A stretch of 64,000 bases of DNA from Methanobacteriota archaeon (GTDB taxonomy: Archaea; Thermoplasmatota; Thermoplasmata; SG8-5; DAIRED01). The notes beneath the pieces are model-generated. The model did not search any database and was not told the DNA's origin. It worked only from the letters and a program-made list of their open reading frames with translations. Positions 46,941 through 57,179 of the stretch are shown here, piece after piece. How positions within the stretch are numbered: position 1 is the stretch's first letter; each line of letters opens with the position of its first letter. The stretch covers positions 1 through 64,000 of the forward strand of contig JAZDNO010000020.1 in the NCBI GenBank assembly GCA_043799545.1. Reading direction: 5' to 3'. A program made the position numbers and the translations under genes.

Positions 46941-47046
46941 CCGATTGCCACGATGGGATTAAAGGTTATTGCGGCCCATGGAACCCTTTCACACAACAGG
47001 CTAGAAATTTTATAGGCCTACACGATACTCCATCCGAGGTTGCCCG

Positions 47047-48153
47047 ATGTCTGAGGTATATTTGGCTTCGTTGAGGGCAGAGAAAGGCGGCGATAGCCTA
47101 CTCAAAAAGATTGGCAGGCTGTTCGACGCGGCCCAGTTCGGGGGATGCATCGCCAAGAACGACCTCGTGGCGGTCAAGACCCATTTCGGCGAGGAGGGCA
47201 ACACGGCGTTCATACAGCCGATTTTCATAAGGCCAGTCATCGACTCTATCAAAAAGGCAGGAGGCAGGCCCTTCCTCACGGACGCGAACACGATGTACGT
47301 GGGCCAGCGCGCCAACGCCGTCGACCACATCGGCGTCGCTGAGCGTCATGGATTCCTCCCTTCGGTCGTCGATGCTCCAGTTGTGATTGCAGACGGCCTG
47401 ACGGGCCGGGATTTCGTCGAAGTGCCCGTAGCCCTGAAGCATTTCAAAACAGTCAAAATCGGGTCTGCGGTCGTGCATTCGCAGGCGCTCATCAGCGTGG
47501 CGCACTTCAAGGGTCACATTGTCGGGGGGTTCGGGGGCTCCATCAAGAACGTGGGAATGGGCTTCGGAAGCCGAGCCGGCAAGCAGCAGATGCATTCGGA
47601 CGTGAAGCCGGAGGTCAACGAGGGTAAGTGCGTCGGGTGCGGGACTTGCGCGCGTTATTGCCTGGCGCAGGCCATCACGCTCAATTCCAAGAAGGCGCGA
47701 ATCGACCACGCCAAGTGCGTCGGGTGCGGGGAGTGCCTGATATCGTGCCAGTACAAGGCAATCGGCCAGAGATGGGACTCGAAGGCGGACAAGCTGCAAG
47801 AGAAGATGGTCGAGTACATGGCGGGAGTGATGAAAGGGAAGGCTGGCAAGTGCGGGTTCTTCAACTTCGTCACGAATGTGGCGCCGGGATGCGACTGCGC
47901 GCCGTGGAGCGACGCGCCCATCGTCGGTGACGTCGGAATACTGGCTTCCAAAGACCCAGTGGCGATAGACCAAGCATCGGCGGACTTGGTGAACGCCGAA
48001 CCAGGAAACCCCCGGTCGATGATAAAGAAAAGCCTCGCTTCCGGCGCGGATAAGCTAAGGGAGGCGAACGACGTCGATTGGACGATTCAGCTCAAGTACG
48101 GTGAGGAAATCGGCATGGGGTCGAGAAAGTACCAACTCGTATCGATTGACTAG
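47047..48153 (+). CDS. DUF362-family Fe-S protein with 2[4Fe-4S] domain
   Basis: VAVKTHFGE; AHFKGH; CVGCGTCARYC and CVGCGECLISC; CDC; DPVAIDQAS. Confidence 0.88.
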   Translation: MSEVYLASLRAEKGGDSLLKKIGRLFDAAQFGGCIAKNDLVAVKTHFGEEGNTAFIQPIFIRPVIDSIKKAGGRPFLTDANTMYVGQRANAVDHIGVAERHGFLPSVVDAPVVIADGLTGRDFVEVPVALKHFKTVKIGSAVVHSQALISVAHFKGHIVGGFGGSIKNVGMGFGSRAGKQQMHSDVKPEVNEGKCVGCGTCARYCLAQAITLNSKKARIDHAKCVGCGECLISCQYKAIGQRWDSKADKLQEKMVEYMAGVMKGKAGKCGFFNFVTNVAPGCDCAPWSDAPIVGDVGILASKDPVAIDQASADLVNAEPGNPRSMIKKSLASGADKLREANDVDWTIQLKYGEEIGMGSRKYQLVSID

Positions 48154-48274
48154 GAGTTCAAATTATATCTGTAACGTGCGCGCACGTCTAATTAGTAAAA
48201 TGTCGAAAGTATTATATATTGTCAATCTATACTTGATAATATAAATTGGTATATAACGTCCGGATGGGAGACAC

Positions 48275-50200
48275 ATGAAAGCAGAAGAGAGAGATAAGAT
48301 GGCTTGCCCGAGATTAATGACCCTGGCTGTTGCGGCGGTTTTGGCGTTTTCTATGTTCGCCTCGCTGCCGCTGGGGGCGATAGGGGCGGATGGACCAAGC
48401 TGGACCTCCGCCGCATCGCCCGCAGACCCGACTCCCCTCAACTTGCCGCTGCCATACGAGCCGAAAGTGCCTGGTGCTATGAATATCCTAACGTGCCAAG
48501 CGGATGGAGGTGGAGGAGAGAGTGTTAGGTCGCATCTTCTAAGTTTCTCGGAAGTAGCAGCAGTTGACTCGTACGATGCAAGATCCGGTACACCGACATT
48601 GGGCTATCTACAAGGATACGATATGGTTTTTGCGTGGACCAACAACGATCCTGCGAACTGCGTCGCACTAGGCGACGTCCTAGCCGACTATGTGGACGGC
48701 GGAGGTAAGCTTGTCATACTTGCTTTCGCTTGGTGGTCTGATGACGGTCAGTATTCGCTTTCTGGTAGAATCGTAACAGATGCATATGGCCCATTCCTGA
48801 GCGAGGATGGCCATAACCATTACTCGACTTCAAGCCTTGGAACATACGACGCCTCACATCCGCTGATGCAGGGCGTGACAACCGCCAGCGATTATTACAG
48901 GGACTATGTGTCGTTGGCAACAGGTGCAACGCTCGTTGCATCATGGGACGATGGAGAGGAGTTCGTGGCAGTAAAAGGCAACATAATCGGTATCAATTCA
49001 CACATGGGTTCTGCGAGCTCATATGGTGGTGACATGGGGCAGTTGCTTCACAACGTCGTCAATTACAACTGGCCCGGAACTGCTGCCTGGATGAACTCGC
49101 TATGGAGCCGGGCAATCCCGGTGACCATCGACAACACTGCAAACCCCGAACTGACCGATTACCAGATTTCGATTACGGTGCCTTACATGGAAGGGATGCG
49201 CCTTGATTATGGGGATGTGAGGTTCGCCGAAGTGGGCGCCATAGTCCCGCTCCCGCATTGGATGGAGATGAGCTCCCCAACTTCGGCCACGTTCTGGGTC
49301 AAGGTGCCAACGATACCGGCGTACAGCACGATGATAATCTGGGCTTATTACTACAACCCGGGGGCGACCAGCACGAGCAACGGGGACGCGACCTTCGAAT
49401 TCTTCGACGATTTCGCGACTGCCGACACCTCGAAATTCTCGTACGGGCAGACAGTTCCAGGAACTGCACCCTACCAGCCAATTTTCTACGATGTGGCGAA
49501 CGGAGAACTGAGGGAATGGAGCGACGGTACTTGGCGGTGCCTGAAAATGAATAAAATATTCGCACCCGCGGACACCTTCGCCATAGGTTCGCGCTTCAAG
49601 ACGTCTGGTCCGAGCACCTGGCACCAGAACTACCTCGCCCAGGACACAAACGTCGACCGCAACCGCCTCGGTTTCTATTCACAAGGTGGAACGTCGCCGC
49701 CCCAATTCCATTATCAAATGGCATACGACGGGTCGTACAATGACGGCAACTGGCTGACCCTGTCTTTCAATACCTGGTTCAAGAACGAGATAATAAAAAC
49801 CACCCCCACGGGTATCCAACTCGTGGTCCTAAATAACGATCGGTCGAACACCATTGGCCACGCATCCTTCGGAGCGGCAGCGTGGGCCGACGAAACCTGG
49901 ACATGGGTCAACTGGCAAAATGAAAACGTCAACGTTTACCACGACTGGATATACGTGCGAAAGGCCATAGCGTCCGAACCCACATTTAGCGTGGAGGCGA
50001 CCCCCATCTATCCGCCAGGCCAGGAAGGAGGGGCGGCAATCCAGGAGCAGACCGTAATCGTTTCACCGCCAACGGGGCACACCGCGGAGACGGTCGCAGC
50101 GCGCAGCTCGCAGTTCGACTTGCTTGTCGGAATCACGGTGATGGTTGCGATGGCTTGCATGGCGATTCCGATAATCGGAAGGCGCATGAGGAGGGATTGA
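48275..50200 (+). CDS. Surface protein with DUF2341 domain and C-terminal TM anchor
   Basis: Signal peptide; LTDYQI...DYGDVRF...LPHWME...FWVKVP...YYYNP...FEFFDDF; C-terminal TM plus RRMRR. Confidence 0.8.
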   Translation: MKAEERDKMACPRLMTLAVAAVLAFSMFASLPLGAIGADGPSWTSAASPADPTPLNLPLPYEPKVPGAMNILTCQADGGGGESVRSHLLSFSEVAAVDSYDARSGTPTLGYLQGYDMVFAWTNNDPANCVALGDVLADYVDGGGKLVILAFAWWSDDGQYSLSGRIVTDAYGPFLSEDGHNHYSTSSLGTYDASHPLMQGVTTASDYYRDYVSLATGATLVASWDDGEEFVAVKGNIIGINSHMGSASSYGGDMGQLLHNVVNYNWPGTAAWMNSLWSRAIPVTIDNTANPELTDYQISITVPYMEGMRLDYGDVRFAEVGAIVPLPHWMEMSSPTSATFWVKVPTIPAYSTMIIWAYYYNPGATSTSNGDATFEFFDDFATADTSKFSYGQTVPGTAPYQPIFYDVANGELREWSDGTWRCLKMNKIFAPADTFAIGSRFKTSGPSTWHQNYLAQDTNVDRNRLGFYSQGGTSPPQFHYQMAYDGSYNDGNWLTLSFNTWFKNEIIKTTPTGIQLVVLNNDRSNTIGHASFGAAAWADETWTWVNWQNENVNVYHDWIYVRKAIASEPTFSVEATPIYPPGQEGGAAIQEQTVIVSPPTGHTAETVAARSSQFDLLVGITVMVAMACMAIPIIGRRMRRD

Positions 50201-50201
50201 A

Positions 50202-51149
50202 ATGAAAGCAAGGTTGTTCGTAGCTCTGGTAGTCGGGGCTATGCTCACCATGTCCCTCTCGGCAATGGCTTTGCCAGTCTACGACCCATCGGTCAATGGT
50301 GTCGTTACAGCATGGCAGCCGATGTTCAGCGACAACTTCGACCAGGACAGCGGGAGATGGGTCTATACAAACGCAGCCGTGAGGGTGAACGGACACGCAA
50401 GGCTCACTCCAAACGCTACAACCCAAGTGGGAGTGATGTGGTTCGACACGCAAGTGGCATACGACTTCCAGGTCGAGTTCGATTACCTGATTGAGGGCGG
50501 CAACCACGCGGACGGCATGGTTTTCATGTTCTTCAAACAACAGGATGGTTATGTACCTTCCACTGGCGGGTCGATGGGATTCTTCCAATACCCGAACACA
50601 CCAGCGGAAGGATACGGCGTCGAACTCGACACATACTGCAATCAGAACATCGGGAACGAGCCATATACGAATCCCCCTGAGAACCACGCATACCTGGGAA
50701 TAATCCAGAACACGCCGTGGAACCATCTGGCCACAGTCGCTGAACCCCGAGTGAGGGACGCGGAAGCGGCAGGGCATCACATCAAGGTCAATGTCGACAA
50801 CAAACTCATCAGCGTATACATCGACGACATGGACAATGCCATACTGACTTGGACCGGAGAAATCGACAGGGGGCACGGCGGTTTCGGTTTCGGAGCAGGA
50901 ACCGGCGGGCGAACCGACAACCACTGGATTGACAACGTCGAAATTTCCAAGAAGGTGACTTACCTCGTGGAGAATGGCAAGGTGGTCTCGCAGGTCGATG
51001 TAGTCCAGGGGCCCGAAGAACAAATCGAGGACGCCCCGGTCCACGAGAGCGCGACCTGGACTATGATCGCTGGTAATACGGTTCTGCTGGTGATAACGAT
51101 ATTCATCGTGCTGCTGATCGCGCGAGGAATCATGGTTAGGAGGAGGTGA
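50202..51149 (+). CDS. Surface protein with L-type lectin (ConA-like) domain
   Basis: RLTP...GVMWF...FQVEFDY...ADGMVF...YGVELDTY...GFGFGAGTGG; C-terminal TM. Confidence 0.85.
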   Translation: MKARLFVALVVGAMLTMSLSAMALPVYDPSVNGVVTAWQPMFSDNFDQDSGRWVYTNAAVRVNGHARLTPNATTQVGVMWFDTQVAYDFQVEFDYLIEGGNHADGMVFMFFKQQDGYVPSTGGSMGFFQYPNTPAEGYGVELDTYCNQNIGNEPYTNPPENHAYLGIIQNTPWNHLATVAEPRVRDAEAAGHHIKVNVDNKLISVYIDDMDNAILTWTGEIDRGHGGFGFGAGTGGRTDNHWIDNVEISKKVTYLVENGKVVSQVDVVQGPEEQIEDAPVHESATWTMIAGNTVLLVITIFIVLLIARGIMVRRR

Positions 51150-53767
51150 ATCTCATGCGTAGAATAATCGCTTTGGCTTTGGCGTCGATGTTTATGATAT
51201 CCGCTTTCGGAGTCTTCTTCGGAGACTTCGCACAGGCGGCTGAGCCGAAAAATGGCACACGTGCTATGCCGGAACCAAACGGCATATGGTACGACCCTTC
51301 TTGGGCTCAGGTGACCTCTATATACATCTCTAATGCCAACAACGTAAATACACTTTACAACTACCAAGTAAAGCTAAACCTTCAATACCTGCCAGGCATG
51401 CGCGCTGATTTCGGCGATGTGCGGTTCACCACAGACGACGGGACGACGGAGCTCCCGTATTGGATGGAGAGCAAGACGGATTCTGTGGTGGCCACATTCT
51501 GGGTGAACGTACCAGAGATACCGGGCAGCAGCACGATTCTTCTTTACGCTTATTACAACAACCCTGCGGCAACCTACTCGGGCAGTGGAAGCTCGGTGTT
51601 CATGTTCTTCGATGACTTCAGCAGTATAGCGGGTTGGACGGCATATGGACCCGGGGTGTCGGTATCAAGCCCGGCGGCAGGTATCATGCAGCTTAACAAC
51701 CCGGGCAGCCTGACAAGGGCATGGGCGGTTCCAAATACAGTCAACAACTTTGGTAACTTCGTTCTTGAGATGACCTACCTCGTCCAGAACAATGCCGTAG
51801 GCGAGGAAGGGGGACCCCTCATCAGGATACCTGGCAGTCCCGCTGACGGGCAGATAGACGGTTACCAGCCAGCACTCAGAGGCCGCACGGCGAACGATAT
51901 GCCGGTCTGGCGGATGGACAACATGTGGAACAACGCCGCGGGCATAACACAGATTGCTGGAGGAGGAACCGGCTGGGCAGTGCTCAACTCCTGGTATCAC
52001 GGCCTTTTGACAGCCAACGGAGCCACGATGAGCTGGTACCCAGACACATCCGGACACGTTGCGACGAGCGTCACTTGGACCGACAGCACCTATGGCAGCG
52101 GCAACATAGGAATATGGGAGTACTCGGCAAGCGTCATGCAGGTAGATTGGCTATTTACTAGGAAGCTCGCAAATCCCGAGCCTCGCGTATGGCTGGACCC
52201 GGCGTGGAACCAGCTCGCAACGATGACCATTGTCAATTCCAATGCCGCAACGCTTACTGATTATCAGGTTAAAGTCACGACGCCTCTCCTGGACGGGATG
52301 CGTGCCGACTTCGGGGACGTGAGGTTCACAATGGATGGCTCGATATCCTGGCTTCCGTATTGGATGGAGAGGAACCAAGGATCCTCGGCGACGTTCTGGG
52401 TAAAAATCCCAACCCTTCCGGGCAACAGCAACACTCGGCTGTGCGCATACTACGACAACCCCGCGGCGACATACATGGGCGACGGGAACAACGTTTTCAT
52501 CTTCTTCGACGATTTCTCGGGTGCGGCTGTGGACACGGGGAAATGGATAGACGATACCACGCAATTTACAGTCTCGGGCGGTTATCTCCATGGATCGTTC
52601 AGCAATTATCGGCTAAGGTCTGCAGTTACCTTCACAGGCCCAATCATAAGCGAAACGCGGACAAGGGGCAATACAGTCGCCGCAAACGGCGAGCAAGTGC
52701 TGGGTTTCTGGGCCAGCGCAGCAAACAGCATCGGGCTTCTCGCCCACGGAGGGCCGGTCATGTACGTCCGCAATAACGGCGCCTGGCCATCCTCATGGGG
52801 ATGGAACCACGCCCCTTGGTTGAACGCAAGGGCAACCATTAACACAGGCGGCACTGGCCAGTTTTACCTCCTCAATGATGTCGGTACCACGTACACCTAT
52901 AATTTCAACAACGTAGTGAGCGGCGAGAGGCTGGCGTTGGGCCGGCGCTATGACGACGCGAACTACGGCCAGAATTATAACCAGGAATGGGATTGGATAT
53001 TCGTCCGCAAGTGGGCGAGCCCGGAGCCATTGATAAACATGAACCCAGAGAACAAGGACGACACCATCAGCCTCGACGAGGACTCGATAAACTACTCGAT
53101 AAACCCTCTCGATAACGACAACGACGTCGAAGGGAACACGCCGCTGAGCATCAGTTACATGTCGTCTGCGCAGCACGGTTACACCGAGCTGGTCGGCAAC
53201 CAATTGAGATACACACCCGACGCCAACTACAACGGACCTGACCTTGTGAGATACCGTGTTGTAGACACTTGGGGAAATGGTGACGATGGCTTCATCCGCA
53301 TCAACGTCCTAAATGTCAACGACATTCCGGTTGCTGAAGACGACTTCTACGAGGTCAAAGAAGACTCCATCAACAACACGTTCAGCATACTCGTGAATGA
53401 CTATGACGTGGACGGCGACATTTTGTCGTTTGATGGCATTTCTGGGACGCTGAACGGCAAGGTGGCAGCCGCACCGGACGGAGTGTCTTTGCTGTACACG
53501 CCGAATCCAGATTTCTACGGGACCGATACATTCCAATATACGATTATGGACGGGAACGGCGGAACTGACGTGGCGACCGTGACAATCACGGTTGTAAACA
53601 TGCCTGAACCACCGGCTCCAACGCAGCAGGAGATTGGGTCTCCGCCTCTCTCGGAGCAATCCGCTACGTCGAGCGCAGCCTTCAACATGATTGTTGCAAT
53701 GGGAATACTCGTCGCCATAGCAATCGTACTGCTCGTGGTTCTGGGGAGAAGGAAGAGTAAGGACTAG
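51146..53767 (+). CDS. Surface protein with two DUF2341 domains and two cadherin-like (tandem-95/Big_9) repeats
   Basis: Two DFGDVRFT...LPYWME blocks; LDNDNDVEG/NDYDVDGD...YTPxxxYxGxD repeats; C-terminal TM. Confidence 0.82.
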   Translation: MNLMRRIIALALASMFMISAFGVFFGDFAQAAEPKNGTRAMPEPNGIWYDPSWAQVTSIYISNANNVNTLYNYQVKLNLQYLPGMRADFGDVRFTTDDGTTELPYWMESKTDSVVATFWVNVPEIPGSSTILLYAYYNNPAATYSGSGSSVFMFFDDFSSIAGWTAYGPGVSVSSPAAGIMQLNNPGSLTRAWAVPNTVNNFGNFVLEMTYLVQNNAVGEEGGPLIRIPGSPADGQIDGYQPALRGRTANDMPVWRMDNMWNNAAGITQIAGGGTGWAVLNSWYHGLLTANGATMSWYPDTSGHVATSVTWTDSTYGSGNIGIWEYSASVMQVDWLFTRKLANPEPRVWLDPAWNQLATMTIVNSNAATLTDYQVKVTTPLLDGMRADFGDVRFTMDGSISWLPYWMERNQGSSATFWVKIPTLPGNSNTRLCAYYDNPAATYMGDGNNVFIFFDDFSGAAVDTGKWIDDTTQFTVSGGYLHGSFSNYRLRSAVTFTGPIISETRTRGNTVAANGEQVLGFWASAANSIGLLAHGGPVMYVRNNGAWPSSWGWNHAPWLNARATINTGGTGQFYLLNDVGTTYTYNFNNVVSGERLALGRRYDDANYGQNYNQEWDWIFVRKWASPEPLINMNPENKDDTISLDEDSINYSINPLDNDNDVEGNTPLSISYMSSAQHGYTELVGNQLRYTPDANYNGPDLVRYRVVDTWGNGDDGFIRINVLNVNDIPVAEDDFYEVKEDSINNTFSILVNDYDVDGDILSFDGISGTLNGKVAAAPDGVSLLYTPNPDFYGTDTFQYTIMDGNGGTDVATVTITVVNMPEPPAPTQQEIGSPPLSEQSATSSAAFNMIVAMGILVAIAIVLLVVLGRRKSKD

Positions 53768-53886
53768 ACAGATATTCCATTGAATACGGGCGAAAAGCGA
53801 TAGATGGTTGCACACGCCAGCGGAAGCGAGCGTACCATGTAAAGAACTGTTTAGAAGGTTTTTCACTAGTTGCGTCTGGCTATTGT

Positions 53887-54264
53887 TCACTCGATGTTCC
53901 ACTTCTTCGCGGCTTTCATCACCAGGAATATGAAGACGCAGACGATGCCAAAGGTCAAGGCAGCCATGAGGAACAGACCTGGCCTGTATATGCCGAACTG
54001 ACCTGCACCGAGGCTGTCCGCATTCGCCGCGCTCAACATATCCTGGATTCCCGGCATTATCAGTCCCTGCACTAGCCCCTTCACGACCTCGCCTATGTAC
54101 ATGCCCAGGACGAAGGCGACCGCCAGCCCCAAAACCTTGTACTTGCCCACGAAGTCTATGAATTCCCCGACGAGCCCTTTCCTTCCCGCGGGCGCAGGCT
54201 TCGGTGTCAGCAGCTCGCGTATCTTCCTCATCTCCTCTAACATCTCAGTTTGTTGGTCTGTCAT
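53887..54264 (-). CDS. mscL: Large-conductance mechanosensitive channel (N-terminal helix variant)
   Basis: EFIDFVGKYKVLGLAVAFVLG...LVQGLIMP...GLFLMAALTFGIV. Confidence 0.8.
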   Translation of the reverse strand: MTDQQTEMLEEMRKIRELLTPKPAPAGRKGLVGEFIDFVGKYKVLGLAVAFVLGMYIGEVVKGLVQGLIMPGIQDMLSAANADSLGAGQFGIYRPGLFLMAALTFGIVCVFIFLVMKAAKKWNIE

Positions 54265-54295
54265 GTGCATCCCGTTCGTATATATCAGAGGTGCA

Positions 54296-54973
54296 TTATA
54301 TATTTTTCCCCAATCGGGAGATTGCATCCTTCGCCATCAAAATGTCGTCTGCCATTATGCCGTCCGCGCCTATTCTCATCGCCGTAGACACCCCCCGCGG
54401 GTTGCGGACATCCCAGACAATGACCCGTATGCCCTGCGCGTGAGCATCGTCGACCATCCTTGGCGCGGCGCGCCTCAGCCTGGGATGTATCTCAATACAC
54501 CCCGAACCCACTGCGTCGGCTATTGGGCTCCCGCGCCTGTCCCACAACAGCGCTTTCGGCGCGCTTTCCAGGCCAGCCAACGCGAGAGGGTCGAACGAGG
54601 ATGCCGTGATTCTCGCATGGGGGATTCGCGCCGCGAGGCGTTCCAGCTCCGGCGCCGCTCCCCGGTCTTTCAGCTCTGCATAGATCGTTGTTTTCCCGCC
54701 GAATGCGTCCAGGACTTCCTCCAGCGTGGGAACCGTTTCCCCGTTTGCAAGCCTGGTCCGGCTCAACCGAGAATGTGTCAAATCAGAAACGGCGGCATTA
54801 TCCCCCGCCGTCCTTTTCAGGGTCGGGTCGTGCATCGCGACGGCCACCTCGTCCGAGGTCGTGCGGACGTCCTGTTCGATGCCGTCCGCCCCTTGGGCGA
54901 CCGCCAGCCGAAACGCCTCCATGCTGTTCTCTGGCGCATGCAAATGCGCACCCCTGTGTGCTATGACGAGCAT
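54296..54973 (-). CDS. Glycerophosphodiester phosphodiesterase
   Basis: IAHRGA...PENSMEAF; IEQDV; HDPTL; GADGIMAD. Confidence 0.9.
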   Translation of the reverse strand: MLVIAHRGAHLHAPENSMEAFRLAVAQGADGIEQDVRTTSDEVAVAMHDPTLKRTAGDNAAVSDLTHSRLSRTRLANGETVPTLEEVLDAFGGKTTIYAELKDRGAAPELERLAARIPHARITASSFDPLALAGLESAPKALLWDRRGSPIADAVGSGCIEIHPRLRRAAPRMVDDAHAQGIRVIVWDVRNPRGVSTAMRIGADGIMADDILMAKDAISRLGKNI

Positions 54974-55049
54974 CGCGGAGAAACCCGCGCGTGAATACTT
55001 AACCGTTGCCCTCAAAAGGATTATCTCCACCGAGGCCAATCACGGGCGC

Positions 55050-56069
55050 ATGGGCGTCGACATATCGGGCATCGTTCAGGCGAGGCCGTGCACCCTGGAG
55101 GTGTTCAGGGGCAAGGTCGTGGCGATTGACGCATACAATGCCCTTTACCAGTTCCTGGCGAGCATCAGGCAGCCGGACGGCACTCAGCTAATGGACTCGC
55201 ACGGCCGCGTCACCTCGCACCTCGCCGGACTCTTCTCCCGCACGACGACGATGATCGAGATGGGCATCAGGCCGGTCTACGTCTTCGACGGCCCGCCGAA
55301 CTCCCTGAAGCTCGGAACGCTCCGCGACCGCAGGGGCAGGCGCGAGCAGGCTGCGCAGGACTGGAAGGAGGCGCTCGAGGCCGGGGACATGGAGACCGCC
55401 CGCACGAAAGCCCAGCAGAGCACCTCCATGAGCAAGACGATGGCGGCCGAGGCCAAGGAGCTTCTGGGATACATCGGCGTCCCTCACGTGGACGCTCCGG
55501 GGGAGGGGGAGGCGCAGGCGAGCCACATGGTCGGGAAGGGAGACGCTTGGGCGGCGGCTTCGCAGGATTACGACTGTCTGCTGTTTGGCTCGCAGAAACT
55601 TGCCAGGAACCTCACTCTGGCCGGTAGGAGGAAGCTCCCGCGGCAGGAGAAGTACGTCACGGTCGTCCCGGAAACGATAGACTTGGAGACTGCGCTGGCA
55701 ACCCTGAAGCTGACGCGCGCTCAGCTCGTGGACCTGGGAATCATCATAGGCACCGACTTCAACGAGGGGATTCGCGGGATAGGCCCGAAGAAGGGGCTCA
55801 AGCTGATTCAGGAATGCTCGGACGCGCAGGGAGCGCTGGCAAAGCTCGGAAGGGAGATACCCAGCCTTGACGCGGTGCGGAAGATTTTCATGGAGCCGGA
55901 CGTGACGGACGATTACAAGCTGGCCTGGAGCGGACCCAAACGCGACGAAGTAGTGAGGTTCCTCTGCGACGAGCGCGATTTCACTCCAGGCAGGGTAGAA
56001 CCGGCGCTGCAGAAGCTCGACAGCTCCCAGGCCCTGATGAAACAGAAATCACTGGACAGATGGTTCTGA
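55050..56069 (+). CDS. fen: Flap endonuclease 1
   Basis: AIDAYNALYQFL; YVFDG; EGEAQA; SQDYD; GTDFNEG; C-terminal PIP box QKSLDRWF. Confidence 0.95.
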   Translation: MGVDISGIVQARPCTLEVFRGKVVAIDAYNALYQFLASIRQPDGTQLMDSHGRVTSHLAGLFSRTTTMIEMGIRPVYVFDGPPNSLKLGTLRDRRGRREQAAQDWKEALEAGDMETARTKAQQSTSMSKTMAAEAKELLGYIGVPHVDAPGEGEAQASHMVGKGDAWAAASQDYDCLLFGSQKLARNLTLAGRRKLPRQEKYVTVVPETIDLETALATLKLTRAQLVDLGIIIGTDFNEGIRGIGPKKGLKLIQECSDAQGALAKLGREIPSLDAVRKIFMEPDVTDDYKLAWSGPKRDEVVRFLCDERDFTPGRVEPALQKLDSSQALMKQKSLDRWF

Positions 56070-56095
56070 GGTTTCGCCGCCAAGATGCAGGATAT

Positions 56096-56977
56096 TCATG
56101 CTCCGAATGCAGGCGGAATCCCGGATTTGATGCCCTTCAGGCTCGATGAAATCGCCTGCCGCGACAGCCCGACAAGGGGATGGAGTAGCGGCATCTCCTC
56201 GCCCTTGCCCAAGAGCGATGGGTGGTCGATGTCTCCTCCCGTGACTATCGCCTGGCATTTCAGCTTCCCGGCGAGCCGTTCTGCCGAATCCCCGAGGCTC
56301 TTGAAGATTCGGATGTTCGGGTCCCACAGGCGTAGCGGCTCGACCGGCGACTCGTCCTCTGCGAGAAGCGCAGCCTTGCACCCGCGGCGCATCATCAGCC
56401 ATGCTGCGACGTTGTCGCGCTCGCTCTCGATTATTGCCAAAACCTTTCCCTGCGAGCCCATCGGCAGGCCTCCAGGCCCCTTGACTGCGGAGGCGAAGAT
56501 ATACGCCCTCGCGTTACGAACCTCGATGAAAATCCGTCTGTCTGGCTTAGTGAGGTCGACTCTGACCCCTCGGTTCTCGTTGGCATCATGAATCGCGCCG
56601 CCGACCTCCCTGGCGACGTCCATGCTCGTGTATTTGTGGCTCCCCTGGCGCGTGGCCTTCACCGCGAACGATTCGCCGTCTCCAATCAATGGGGATGCAT
56701 ATTCCACGACGCTCCGCTTCATGCTTTCCATGTCCGACGGAACCTCGGCCACGACGCTGAAAGAGACTATCCCGAAGACCTTCCTCAGGATTGCAGTCGC
56801 GGAGTCGGCATCGTCCACGCTGACGTAGATACGCCCGCGCTCGCTCTCTATGCGGCACTGCGACTTTGCGGCCAGGAAGCCATTCTCGATGTTCTCCATG
56901 AGGGAGCGCTCGAACCTCCTTCGGACCGAATTGGATTTCAATCCGATTTCGCCGTAGCGCACAAGCAGTTTCGGCAT
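56096..56977 (-). CDS. thiI: ThiI-like THUMP-domain protein with degenerate PP-loop
   Basis: LLVRYGEIGLKS; VFGIVSFS; GPGGLPMGSQGKVL; SGGxDS replaced by ESERDN. Confidence 0.7.
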   Translation of the reverse strand: MPKLLVRYGEIGLKSNSVRRRFERSLMENIENGFLAAKSQCRIESERGRIYVSVDDADSATAILRKVFGIVSFSVVAEVPSDMESMKRSVVEYASPLIGDGESFAVKATRQGSHKYTSMDVAREVGGAIHDANENRGVRVDLTKPDRRIFIEVRNARAYIFASAVKGPGGLPMGSQGKVLAIIESERDNVAAWLMMRRGCKAALLAEDESPVEPLRLWDPNIRIFKSLGDSAERLAGKLKCQAIVTGGDIDHPSLLGKGEEMPLLHPLVGLSRQAISSSLKGIKSGIPPAFGA

Positions 56978-57087
56978 CGCCCCCGCGAAACGGTGGTGGG
57001 ATAAAAGGGTGGCGACGTACAATCGACGCCCCGTCCTTTCTACCCAGTCGGTTCACCTAAACGAATGCAGCCTCCCGCAGGAGGTAA

Positions 57088-57179
57088 GGTCGAGCGAGCA
57101 GGTGAGGGCGAGCCTTTTGGGATACCATACCACTTTTCTGCGAGCCCGAGCCAGCGTGGCGAGACTAGAAAAGGGGTTG
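57088..57179 (-). repeat. 92-bp structured dispersed repeat, copy 2
   Basis: Reverse complement of 16279-16370 at 78/92; begins right after the resolvase stop codon. Confidence 0.85.
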
